63,941 bases of DNA, filler included, from 8 parts of 8 records of this genome joined end to end with filler, not necessarily neighbours in it, one strand, 5' to 3'. Shown: positions 41,069 through 49,881, counted from the whole stretch's first letter. Numbers and translations: made by a program. The notes: a model not told the origin generated them from the sequence alone.

Positions 41069-42613
41069 TTAACCAACCTGGCGGTCGGCAGTTGCGAGTT
41101 TGTACTCGGCAACCATCTCTTTTTCGTGTTTAAGTGTCTCGAGAATCCAGCTCCACAGTTCTTCGTAGGGCACGATTTCAGTTGGATCAACGAGGTGTTT
41201 ATAGCGTTTAAGTTTGGAAATCCACTGGCGTCCCAGGCGCTCTACGCGTCGGTAGCTCAGGTCTTCCTTGGCTACAACCATCAGCATGCGAATAAACACC
41301 TGTGTACGGTAGGTTTCATTCTTATACAGATAACGATGGCAGTAGTTGCTCAATGAATCCAGGCGATCCATGATCTTGTCAATCTCACCACGACGAATGT
41401 AGGTGATGAGCTGGAGGATCATGAGGCTCGTATTCCAACCAGCTTTATCCGTCTGCATAATCGGCGTTTCATTTAACAAACGCTCTACGCGCAGGCTGAT
41501 AACCTTTTCGGGCGTGAATTCATTGCGAAAAGCTGCCAGAGCGTAGTAGCCTTCAAACAGCTTCCAGTGCTCTTTAAGGTGATCCGGCTGATTATTAAAC
41601 TTAGGATTTTTGCGTACTACCTGCAGGCAGTTGCCGGCTTCCTGATAATCTCCCGAGTGCATGCACAGAACAAAACGATTGTGCTGGAAGTGGAACCAGT
41701 TAAGGCTGCCTTCGGTGCAATAACGTGCTGCAATTTGTGCGTTAAATTTAGCATTGACGTAGTCGTGCATTTCGCGAAATGCTGCAAATTTATCGCCGTA
41801 AAACGCAACGTAATACCCGGGGTAGGCCAAATGTGGCCTGCCGCGCAGATACTCAATCGCTTCATCGCAGTTTTTGACCACATCTTCCAATGCGCCGTCT
41901 AGCTGCAACATTACAGTTTTGGCACGGAAGTATGATAGTGCGATATTGAGGGTGTCATGTTTTTTGTAAAGGTCCGTCAGCTTGGTAAAAAGCGACTTGA
42001 TTTTACGCTGTTCCTGTTTGGAGATGCTTGCGGATTTAACATAACTAATGCCAATTTGCTGGCAGTGGGCCATGGCTTCATCCTCTGCCACGACCAAACG
42101 GCGCTGTTCGGCGGCTGCGGCAAGCGCTTCCTCAAACTGGCGGCGTTCGCCCAGAGTGTGGTACAGATCGCGCAGTAGCTGTGCGGCTTCAAACGCGACG
42201 TTGGGCATTGAATGATAAATCGCCTTTTCAAGAACGTGTCTTGCCAACTGTTCGGCACTTTTCTTGGCGCCGAGCCTTAGCAAGAGTTTAACCAGAAAAA
42301 GCTTGCGATTACATTCGACCATCGCTGTAAAAATTTCTGACTGCGCTTCTTTTGTCGGGCTAATCAACAGCAGCTTTGTGTACAGCGTTTCCTTTAGCTG
42401 CCACTTGAGACGGCGGTACTTTTCGCTGATGGTCGCTTCACCATAAACGCGCTCAGCGGCCTCCATATCGGTCTCAAACTCGTTGTCCTTGATTCCCTGA
42501 TACATCTGATACGGAAGAAATTGCTGGTTTTCCTCACTCTCAAAGTCAAGACTTGACTCTGGAACGAACTTTTCTTCCGTAACAATATTCACCAACTCCT
42601 TAAGCTTTTTCAT
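41069..42613 (-). CDS. Hypothetical 514-aa protein: putative N-terminal HTH plus TPR-like helical repeats
   Basis: Long ORF with GGAG upstream, no TM or signal peptide, amphipathic Ala/Leu/Tyr-rich helical pattern (e.g. GDYQEAGNCL, HDYVNAK). Function is inferred. Confidence 0.85.
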   Translation of the reverse strand: MKKLKELVNIVTEEKFVPESSLDFESEENQQFLPYQMYQGIKDNEFETDMEAAERVYGEATISEKYRRLKWQLKETLYTKLLLISPTKEAQSEIFTAMVECNRKLFLVKLLLRLGAKKSAEQLARHVLEKAIYHSMPNVAFEAAQLLRDLYHTLGERRQFEEALAAAAEQRRLVVAEDEAMAHCQQIGISYVKSASISKQEQRKIKSLFTKLTDLYKKHDTLNIALSYFRAKTVMLQLDGALEDVVKNCDEAIEYLRGRPHLAYPGYYVAFYGDKFAAFREMHDYVNAKFNAQIAARYCTEGSLNWFHFQHNRFVLCMHSGDYQEAGNCLQVVRKNPKFNNQPDHLKEHWKLFEGYYALAAFRNEFTPEKVISLRVERLLNETPIMQTDKAGWNTSLMILQLITYIRRGEIDKIMDRLDSLSNYCHRYLYKNETYRTQVFIRMLMVVAKEDLSYRRVERLGRQWISKLKRYKHLVDPTEIVPYEELWSWILETLKHEKEMVAEYKLATADRQVG

Positions 42614-42708
42614 CCATTTAGCTCCAGAATTTCAATTTTTCCACGTTCTTGGTTAATAGTAGCCAGAAATACGACGTAACAAAATCACCCACCGCCGTGG
42701 GCCTCTTC

Positions 42709-42729
42709 CAAAGCTAAAAAGTAGCTTTG
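42709..42729. promoter_or_regulatory. Palindrome CAAAGCTA-N5-TAGCTTTG (back-to-back TAnnTTTG boxes or operator)
   Basis: Perfect 8-bp inverted repeat between the divergent genes. Each arm matches the Bacteroidota -7 consensus. Confidence 0.6.
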
Positions 42730-42782
42730 TCATCAACGAAATTTATATGTCTTCCTGTTTAACATTGTTCGGGGAACACTTC

Positions 42783-42989
42783 ATGCATGAACTGCTGTGT
42801 GTCTTGCTATATCTAGCCTTAATTTCAAGTCCGGATGAATTCTATCAAGCAGAAATTTATCAGATTGAAAGCGATAATCAGGCCCAAGTCGATGCCGTCG
42901 AAAACAATCAGACCTTGTACAATCAGGTAATAATTGATTATGACGATGACGCCGAGTATGTCACGATTTGGGACTTCACATCGAATTAA
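42783..42989 (+). CDS. Small acidic peptide (68 aa) with hydrophobic N-terminus
   Basis: GGGGAA SD before ATG, LLCVLLYLALIS core, 14 D/E and no K/R, upstream -7 box and downstream hairpin. Confidence 0.7.
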   Translation: MHELLCVLLYLALISSPDEFYQAEIYQIESDNQAQVDAVENNQTLYNQVIIDYDDDAEYVTIWDFTSN

Positions 42990-43017
42990 TCTTGTATTGA
43001 TCGATTAGAGTGAAATT

Positions 43018-43070
43018 GCAACAGGCCAGAAGCCATCGATTTACACGATTGAGGGTTTCTAGTCTGTTGT
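43018..43070 (+). terminator. 3' hairpin of the peptide transcript
   Basis: GCAACAGGCCAGAAGCC/GGTTTCTAGTCTGTTGT stem whose G-U pairs form only on the + strand. Confidence 0.55.
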
Positions 43071-43084
43071 TGATTCAAATATAA

Positions 43085-43378
43085 ATAGTCCACTGCACTG
43101 CTTGTTGGCTGATTGACTTGCACACACTCCAGGCTCTGCAAAAGACCATAGAAAATGGAGTAAAGGCAAAACAGTTCAATGGTGATGACTGCCGGCTGTT
43201 ACGGCTTACGTTTGCCTCCGATGTGCCGTGAATACATCCAGAATTACCTGTTACAGAGCCTATCCCAGCCCCGATAATCCTGGTTCGCGCCGTATCCACA
43301 TGACAGATGGCGACCGGTTCTACTTGCCTAACCAGCTTTGTGCACAAAACACAGATTCAACTACATTTTCCGCAACAA
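43085..43378 (-). ncRNA. Candidate structured non-coding RNA (ends approximate)
   Basis: Downstream of a minus-strand TTG-N20-TACATTTG promoter. Nested stems AGGCTCTGTAA/TTGCAGAGCCT and GGAGGCAAA/TTTGCCTTT with minus-strand G-U pairs. No convincing ORF. Confidence 0.35.
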
Positions 43379-43385
43379 TTGCAAG

Positions 43386-43416
43386 CAAATGTAAGAACAT
43401 TATCAAATCGTTACAA
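43386..43416 (-). promoter_or_regulatory. Bacteroidota-type housekeeping promoter
   Basis: -33 TTG (43416-43414), 20-nt spacer, -7 TACATTTG (43393-43386). Confidence 0.5.
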
Positions 43417-43682
43417 GACATTTTTCGAAAACGGTGACATTTTTTTTGGTTTTTCGTTCCGAACAGCATCTGCACCACACTATTCCAACAATTGTCCCGC
43501 CGCTGCACAGAAAGAAACACAAGTCTTTAAAAATCAACCACTTAGAGAAAAAGCAGACAGCTACAGTTCAATAAGAAGTGTCAAATTACAATTATTTTCT
43601 ACCGCAAAAGCATCTGGAGTGACACATGCCAAGAACGGGCAACTATTACATTTTCGTAACATGAAATCAACATAAAGCTCCA

Positions 43683-43715
43683 ACAAACCTACGCGTATAT
43701 TCCACGTAGGTTTGT
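43683..43715 (-). terminator. Stem-loop after decarboxylase gene
   Basis: ACAAACCTACG/CGTAGGTTTGT 11-bp stem, weak U tail. Confidence 0.5.
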
Positions 43716-43733
43716 CGGTTCAAGACCTAATCA

Positions 43734-45230
43734 TCAGACTTCGATTGCGGTCATATGGGAAGCACAAATTGAGCGGTAGGCCGCATCCATCAACTGCAGG
43801 GCAAGGTCGATATGCCGCCGGTGGGTGCGGAAGGCAAGGATTGCCAGGCGTAAGGTGAACTGTCCATTGAGGTTAGTTGAACTCAGGAAAATGCGGCCGT
43901 CAGCTTTAAGACGCTCCAGAATCTGCCGGTTAAGTTCATTGCTCTCAATGCCTTCAGCCGTAAATCTGAATGCCACAACACTCAGGTCTGGAGCCTGAGG
44001 GACTTCAACTTCAGCACGGGCACGCAACAGCTCATAGGCATAACGCGCCAGCAGAATCTTCTCATCCAGTGCAGCGCGGAACGGTTTAAGCCCCAGTAAC
44101 TGAAATGTTAACCACAGGCGCGGACCGCGAAAGTGGCGCGTTAACTCCGGCGAAATCTCAGCGGGAGAAATATCCTCGGCAGCGGCGTCCTGCATATAGT
44201 CCGCATTATATCTGTGCGCCTCCAGCAGCGTTGTTTTATCGCGTACCAGAACCGCACCGGTGCCGTACGGAATAAACATGCCTTTATGCGGGTCCAGCAC
44301 AATCGAATCAGCACGCTCGATGCCACGCAGGCGCTCACGCACAAGATCACTTAACATGAAAAATCCACCATAGGCAGCATCAACGTGATACCACAATCCA
44401 AATTCTGCGGCGATATCGGCAATTGTGTCGAGTGGATCAATTGCGCCCGTATTGGTTGTTCCGGCGGAGGCAATAATCAGCCAGGGCTTGGCTCCGTCCG
44501 TCAGTTGATCTTTCTCGATAGCTGCGCGCAGTAGGTCGGGCCGCATGCGGTGGCCCGCATCTACATCAATGATGCGGCGCTGTACTTCTGCAAGGCCTGC
44601 ATAATGTAAGGCCTTGTCAACGCAGTGATGTACCTGCGCCGTGGTGTATACAACAGCCCGTTCAACGTCACGTGCCGGCAGCTGCGCAGCGTCACGCGCC
44701 GTCACAATTGCTGTTAAGTTGGCCAGACTGCCGCCCGAAAGCAGCGTACCGGCACTTGTCTCCGGAAAACCGACCAGGTTGGCCATCCAGCGGATCAGTC
44801 CGTTTTCCATGCGCACCGCGCCGGGTGAAGCATAGGCCACTCCGGCATAGCGGTTGCCAATCGCCGCCATGTAATCACCCAGGGCAGACGGAAACAACCC
44901 ACCTCCGGGAATATAGGCGATATGTCCGCCCGAGGCGGGGTTCAGGCCCGGCGTATCCACATGCTGCGCATAGTCGTCCAGCAGGGCGTCAATTTCCTTC
45001 TCAGCTTCTTCGGGGATAACAGACCAATCCGGCTCGGAATCATCCGGCACCGGCTTGCGGTATGCGCGGCTTGTTTCTATCGACTCCAGAAAAGACTCGC
45101 CGTACTTGCCGACGGCGTCAAGCCAGGCGGCGCGCTGCTCCGCCGGTGGTTCAAGGCCGGCAGCACCTGATTCGCTTTTTTCTAATTCCCTACGTATCTG
45201 CTCCAGTGTCCAATCCGTTAACCTGTCCAT
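43734..45230 (-). CDS. Group II PLP-dependent (aromatic amino acid-type) decarboxylase
   Basis: SGGSLAN, AGTTNTGAID, HVDAAYGG, PLP Lys in DPHKG. Confidence 0.92.
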   Translation of the reverse strand: MDRLTDWTLEQIRRELEKSESGAAGLEPPAEQRAAWLDAVGKYGESFLESIETSRAYRKPVPDDSEPDWSVIPEEAEKEIDALLDDYAQHVDTPGLNPASGGHIAYIPGGGLFPSALGDYMAAIGNRYAGVAYASPGAVRMENGLIRWMANLVGFPETSAGTLLSGGSLANLTAIVTARDAAQLPARDVERAVVYTTAQVHHCVDKALHYAGLAEVQRRIIDVDAGHRMRPDLLRAAIEKDQLTDGAKPWLIIASAGTTNTGAIDPLDTIADIAAEFGLWYHVDAAYGGFFMLSDLVRERLRGIERADSIVLDPHKGMFIPYGTGAVLVRDKTTLLEAHRYNADYMQDAAAEDISPAEISPELTRHFRGPRLWLTFQLLGLKPFRAALDEKILLARYAYELLRARAEVEVPQAPDLSVVAFRFTAEGIESNELNRQILERLKADGRIFLSSTNLNGQFTLRLAILAFRTHRRHIDLALQLMDAAYRSICASHMTAIEV

Positions 45231-45444
45231 AATTCTCTCAAACAAAGGTCAACAAGGAAATGCACGCCTGTACTCCGTACTTCGTGCTCCCGCATGCATC
45301 GGGGCCGCCGCCTTGCTCGACGGGCATTCGAATGGCTCCACAGACGATTGAAACTGTATATTCAGTTTCCCGCTGTAGACCTGACGTTCGCAAACGCCGA
45401 TACAAAGGTACGAGTTTCCGGCAGCACAATAGGGCTGGAGACAG

Positions 45445-45936
45445 TTAAGTTCTTTTTTGAGACGCGTAGGAAACAGCCGGAAGCCCCAAGGCTTTGCGCA
45501 AAAGTCCCAATTGCCCCAGGTGATATGACTCGTGCTGCAGAAGGAAAGTAATGTTGTTAACAAGTGTTTTGGGCTGCACGGGAAAGCGCGATGGAATCAC
45601 TTCCAGCAGCGCTTCCTCCTGCATGCCGGCCAGCTGACCGCCAAGGTCATCGGCAATGCGGTCCCAAATTTCAACCATGTTTTGCGGGCCCCCGTAGTCT
45701 GCATTCGGATCGTAGCTGGTAAAAGTATCCTGCAGCGGACGTTTCTGCGCCATCCCCGCCAGCTTGGCGATGTAATAACGCGCATTAACCATGTGCCCGC
45801 CGATAAAAATCATCGAACTGGTATTCGGCATTACGCTCTTATGCGCGTCTGCCTTGGACACATCCATAAACACATTGCGGAACAGGTTGTTGTTCAACTT
45901 CACAGTGCTGGTAAAAATCGACTTTTGAATCGACAT
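45445..45936 (-). CDS. DinB/DUF664-family four-helix protein
   Basis: GH near the N-terminus and HESYHLGQL.LLRK C-terminal motif. Confidence 0.85.
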   Translation of the reverse strand: MSIQKSIFTSTVKLNNNLFRNVFMDVSKADAHKSVMPNTSSMIFIGGHMVNARYYIAKLAGMAQKRPLQDTFTSYDPNADYGGPQNMVEIWDRIADDLGGQLAGMQEEALLEVIPSRFPVQPKTLVNNITFLLQHESYHLGQLGLLRKALGLPAVSYASQKRT

Positions 45937-45953
45937 GGAGTTTCCTCATAACC

Positions 45954-45987
45954 AATAGTGAGCTAAATGTGAACTAATAGTGAGCTA
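45954..45987. repeat. Three tandem 11-bp repeats upstream of the DinB-family gene
   Basis: AATAGTGAGCT / AAATGTGAACT / AATAGTGAGCT. Confidence 0.6.
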
Positions 45988-46116
45988 CAAATTAACTGCA
46001 ATTTGGCGGTACCTCCGCGCATGTGATTCGCAGAAAACTTGTCTGGCAAATCGAATAATGCGCTGCCGCCTTTTCTGGAACATGCAGCTGTTAAACACGG
46101 CTCAAATGCAGTGCGT

Positions 46117-47586
46117 TTAGATAACTTCCAGGTCAAACTCTGCGTCGTCCATTTCGAACAGAGGCAGCATCTCAACCAGTTCCGGCAAATCGATTTTTCG
46201 CAGAAAGTAGGGTGGGAAGGCACGAAACATCACACGCGAACTTAAACGCACGCGTGAAACACCTTCCAGGCTCTCAGCCGGAATCCGGTACACCGATGTG
46301 CGTCCCTCCAGCGCCGGAATCACGCGAAAGACTATCTCATGTGCCTCCCAGAAAAACGAAGTTGGTTCGCCGTTCTTCATTGGAATGCCGTTAAACAGCG
46401 TCAAGGCCATATCCGGCTCCAACTCTCCCGACTTAACATAATCACTGTTTTCGTCCAGCAGATCGCCATTCGGGTCAAGTGTACCGCTCGAATACAGTAT
46501 TTCGTCCGTGTCTGCATCCCGCGCAATTATTTCAACCCACATCTGACGCTCAAAAACTGAGCCGCTCGGGATGCTGTGACCCACATTGGTGTTAAACACC
46601 GTTGTTGTCACACGCAGGTCACTGCCGCTTTCAGCCTGTTCCGGCGCGCGCATCGTCAGAGTTATCGAACGCACCAGCTGCCGCTCTACCAGAGCGATCA
46701 TTTCATCGCGTCCTGGAAAATCAGTTAAGGGCACATCAACGCCGGCCATCGTGTGACGGTGTAGATTGTCGCGCACCGGGCCGCCCACGGCAGCCTGTCC
46801 ACTGTACGTTACCATGTGACAGGTCTGACAAAAAATTCCCTGGCCGGGATATAAAGAGGCCTCGTGTTCGGTTGAAGTCTGTTCAACTAAAACACCGAGC
46901 GGACTCACAATGTCGTGGCAGGCATTACAGACTTCACTGCGCCCAAACTCTGGGTCGTAACGCGAAGAGTGAAAAAGGTTGGGGACCGGATCCGCAATTG
47001 TGCCAATCTGCACATCATCAAGACGGAAACCATCAATCGCATGCCCCGGCCGCCAGGACTGCTGCTTGTGGCACACGTCACAGGACACACCCGCGCGCGC
47101 CAAAGCCGAGAGCGAAGCCTCCGGTGTATTCGGTGGTACTTCACCCAGCCGCGCCGCCACAGGGCTGTGGCACTTGGTACAAAAATCTCCCAGGCGCCCG
47201 CCCGAGCGTTCCTGCCCAATTTCGTTCAGACGGAAAAACACCGGATCAACAAACGAATATGCATGCATCGAAATCGACCACTCGTCATAGTGCTGCGGGT
47301 GGCAGGTACGGCAAGTCGAATTCGGATCGCTGAACACTTCACTGTACAAAGCCGAAGAATCCGGCAGTTCCTGCACCTGCGGCGGCCCCGCCACATCATC
47401 ATCCGAACAACTACTCAGCAGCACAACAGCTGCAATTAAACACAGCAAGGCACTCGCCGGCTTGTGCAGCGCAGACAGCCAGTTTAAGCTGGAGCTTAAG
47501 CCCGCAGCTGTGGACTTAACACCCTCAGGTGTAGTCCTCACGACTGCCGTATTAACATTTGAATGTATGTGCGCTGCGCTGTTCAT
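46117..47586 (-). CDS. Pentaheme c-type cytochrome lipoprotein (c554-like N-terminal domain)
   Basis: Five CxxCH motifs (CRTCH, CTKCH, CDVCH, CNACH, CQTCH), lipobox-like LSSC, GHSIPSG. Start uncertain. Confidence 0.88.
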   Translation of the reverse strand: MNSAAHIHSNVNTAVVRTTPEGVKSTAAGLSSSLNWLSALHKPASALLCLIAAVVLLSSCSDDDVAGPPQVQELPDSSALYSEVFSDPNSTCRTCHPQHYDEWSISMHAYSFVDPVFFRLNEIGQERSGGRLGDFCTKCHSPVAARLGEVPPNTPEASLSALARAGVSCDVCHKQQSWRPGHAIDGFRLDDVQIGTIADPVPNLFHSSRYDPEFGRSEVCNACHDIVSPLGVLVEQTSTEHEASLYPGQGIFCQTCHMVTYSGQAAVGGPVRDNLHRHTMAGVDVPLTDFPGRDEMIALVERQLVRSITLTMRAPEQAESGSDLRVTTTVFNTNVGHSIPSGSVFERQMWVEIIARDADTDEILYSSGTLDPNGDLLDENSDYVKSGELEPDMALTLFNGIPMKNGEPTSFFWEAHEIVFRVIPALEGRTSVYRIPAESLEGVSRVRLSSRVMFRAFPPYFLRKIDLPELVEMLPLFEMDDAEFDLEVI

Positions 47587-47615
47587 GTTCAGTACCGCTG
47601 TGGCTGATAGTCGTG

Positions 47616-48788
47616 TTAATTTGCATTGCGTGCCAGACGCAAACCAAAATGTGCGCTGTAAACACGTGGATAGATTATTCGGCGACTGCTGCTCCGCGCA
47701 CCAATCACTCCACGCGAATACGATGAACCGCGCACAATTCGCAATTCACCTTCCAGTGGGCCGGTTGGGTTAAACTGCGGGCTATTGCGATAGTATTCAC
47801 CTTCAAAATAATCCCAAACAAATTCGGCTACATTGCCGAGCATGTCGTATAACTCAAAGTCATTTGCTTCTTTCTGCCCTACCGCGTGTGTCTCGTAGTC
47901 GGAATTAAAACACAGCCAGGCAATTTTGTCCAGCTCAGGCTCTATCGCTGCGCTTTCGATACACTGGGCACGTGGATTTCCCAGGTCGCCGGCATAGGTA
48001 TCCGTATTGGTGCCTGCTCGGCAGGCGAATTCCCACTCGGCTTCCGTCGGTAACCTGTAACCATCGGCTTCCGGATTAAACGTCACATCCAGGCCGTTGA
48101 CATCATAACAGAGCTCCAGGCCCATGCGCCTTGAGAGTCGGTTGCAATATTCAACAGCGTCATACCAGTTGATATTTTCTACCGGCCTCTCTGCGCCTTC
48201 AAACCACGAAGGATTGTCGCCCATCAGCGACGTGTACTCCGCCTGTGTGACTTCATATATGCCAATCTCAAAGTCGCGTGTTAAGGTCACACGGTGTTCA
48301 GGCTGTTCCGGCACCAGAATCTCGCCGCCCATCGTAAATGACCCCGCCGCGATCTTGCGCATCTCTGAAATCTGTACGTCCGCGCGGATATTCGCCTCAA
48401 ACACAAAACGGGCGATTTCATATCCGCCGTCCTGTGCCACCAGTCGCAGCAGCACAAAGTAGCGTCCCACTTCCGCAAAGTCGTACTCCAGCGAATTGTT
48501 CGCCTGCAGCGTAATCTCGTCACTACCGTCGTCAAACAGCCAAACGTAGTTAATCCCGGCCGGAATATTTTCGCCCTCAAAACGGAATTCATACCGCGCC
48601 CCCGGCACACCTTCAGCTGCGCCCGGTGCTACGATTTGTCCGCTCGCTGGTGGCTCCCACAGGATCGGATCGGGATCGTCGTCACAGGCCGATAAACTGC
48701 ACAGCCAAACACCCACAAGCAGCCACACAAAGTGCGCACACCGCGGACTGTTTAATTCTGACCTTCGCTGTCTTAGGTGTAATTTCAT
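47616..48788 (-). CDS. Lipoprotein with PKD-like and FGE/SUMF1 domains
   Basis: Lipobox LSAC, W.FDDG PKD-like motif, FTMG, EVTQAEY, RLPTEAEWEFACRAG, LYDMLGNVAE, GLRLAR. Confidence 0.88.
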   Translation of the reverse strand: MKLHLRQRRSELNSPRCAHFVWLLVGVWLCSLSACDDDPDPILWEPPASGQIVAPGAAEGVPGARYEFRFEGENIPAGINYVWLFDDGSDEITLQANNSLEYDFAEVGRYFVLLRLVAQDGGYEIARFVFEANIRADVQISEMRKIAAGSFTMGGEILVPEQPEHRVTLTRDFEIGIYEVTQAEYTSLMGDNPSWFEGAERPVENINWYDAVEYCNRLSRRMGLELCYDVNGLDVTFNPEADGYRLPTEAEWEFACRAGTNTDTYAGDLGNPRAQCIESAAIEPELDKIAWLCFNSDYETHAVGQKEANDFELYDMLGNVAEFVWDYFEGEYYRNSPQFNPTGPLEGELRIVRGSSYSRGVIGARSSSRRIIYPRVYSAHFGLRLARNAN

Positions 48789-48809
48789 GGTCTGGGCATG
48801 ATCTGGACA

Positions 48810-49526
48810 TTATTCAAACTGCTGCCTGAAAACGGCAAATTCTTCGCGAAGCGCCTGCAATTCCTGCTGCAGCCCCACTACTTTTTCTTCCAGTGTTTTG
48901 ATGCGCTCATCTTCCATTTGCAGTTGGATTCGTGCCGCCTCAGGCCGTTCACTCTCCGTTTCCGCACTTGCTTCTGAGATTTCGGGAGTTCCGCTCAGCA
49001 GCTGCACATAACGCGATTCCTTGCGTCCCGACTGCCGTGGCAGTTGCAGCGCCAGCGCCTGGTTTTCGCGTTCCACCAGCGACTGCATTACGCTTTCACA
49101 TTCCTGCAGATCGCCAAATTCATGGATGCGTGTACAGCGTCCTTTTACTTCTCCTACCGTCTGTGGCCCGCGCAACATCAGGACACATAAAACCGCAATC
49201 TGGCTCTTTTCCAGCTCCAGAACCTCCGTCACCCGCTGGCGATATTTGTTGGCTCTACTTCCGGCGGACTGCACCAGCGTAATCAGACTCCGCAGGCGTA
49301 GCGCATCCAGCGCGCGTAACACTACAGCTTCATCCAGGGCCAGCACAGGATCGCGGTTCGATTTCTGGTTACAGGCTGCTGTCAAGGCATTTAGAGTTAA
49401 AGGGTAGTAGTCTGGCGTCGTCCACTCTTTTTCGATCAGCGCACCCAGCACGCGCAGTTCCACATCATTCAATTCAACGTGCACCGGCGCGGCCGATTCC
49501 TCATTTTGCTCAAAATCCTCTTGCAT
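48810..49526 (-). CDS. yceH: YceH / DUF480 family protein
   Basis: RVLGALIEK..TTPDYYPLTLNAL..ACNQKSNRDP, LMLRGPQTVGE, C-terminal coiled coil. Confidence 0.92.
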   Translation of the reverse strand: MQEDFEQNEESAAPVHVELNDVELRVLGALIEKEWTTPDYYPLTLNALTAACNQKSNRDPVLALDEAVVLRALDALRLRSLITLVQSAGSRANKYRQRVTEVLELEKSQIAVLCVLMLRGPQTVGEVKGRCTRIHEFGDLQECESVMQSLVERENQALALQLPRQSGRKESRYVQLLSGTPEISEASAETESERPEAARIQLQMEDERIKTLEEKVVGLQQELQALREEFAVFRQQFE

Positions 49527-49832
49527 ATTCTATCCGGCAAATTTCTCGTCAAACATCAGCACCCAAATAGATCGGGGCCGGAATTTACGTCTGGGCGCTA
49601 CCTGGTCCAAATAACTTCTGCCAAAATCTTGCAGCTGACGCACTGTTGGTGCTTTGCGGTCTCACTTGCGTGGCCCGTCTTGAGTTCTCTTGTTAGTAAT
49701 TGGGTTGGAAGCCACATGCCTCTGCGGCCTAATGCTTTTTATCGCTGAGCCCCACGCCGCAGAGACCCAATCCCGGGGCGCTCAGTCTCAATCATGGGAC
49801 GCTCAATCTTTTGGACTTGCGACTTCAAGACC

Positions 49833-49881
49833 TGTAAACATGCAGCTCACAGCCCTCAGGGCTGTGAGCTGCATGTCTACA
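49833..49881. repeat. Long inverted repeat
   Basis: TGTAAACATGCAGCTCACAGCCCT-C-AGGGCTGTGAGCTGCATGTCTACA, 24-bp arms with one mismatch. Confidence 0.8.

Noticed and set aside
43160-43215. c-di-GMP-I (GEMM) riboswitch suggested by AAGGCAAA
   Set aside because: Lacks the GAAA tetraloop and ACGCAAA core, has no downstream gene in that orientation, and the wobble pairs favour the opposite strand.
43307-43675. 122-aa plus-strand ORF in the intergenic gap
   Set aside because: No SD, atypical composition, and it overlaps the AT-rich promoter region.
47616-47760. DGR variable region at the FGE-fold C-terminus
   Set aside because: No template repeat or reverse transcriptase is visible on the contig.
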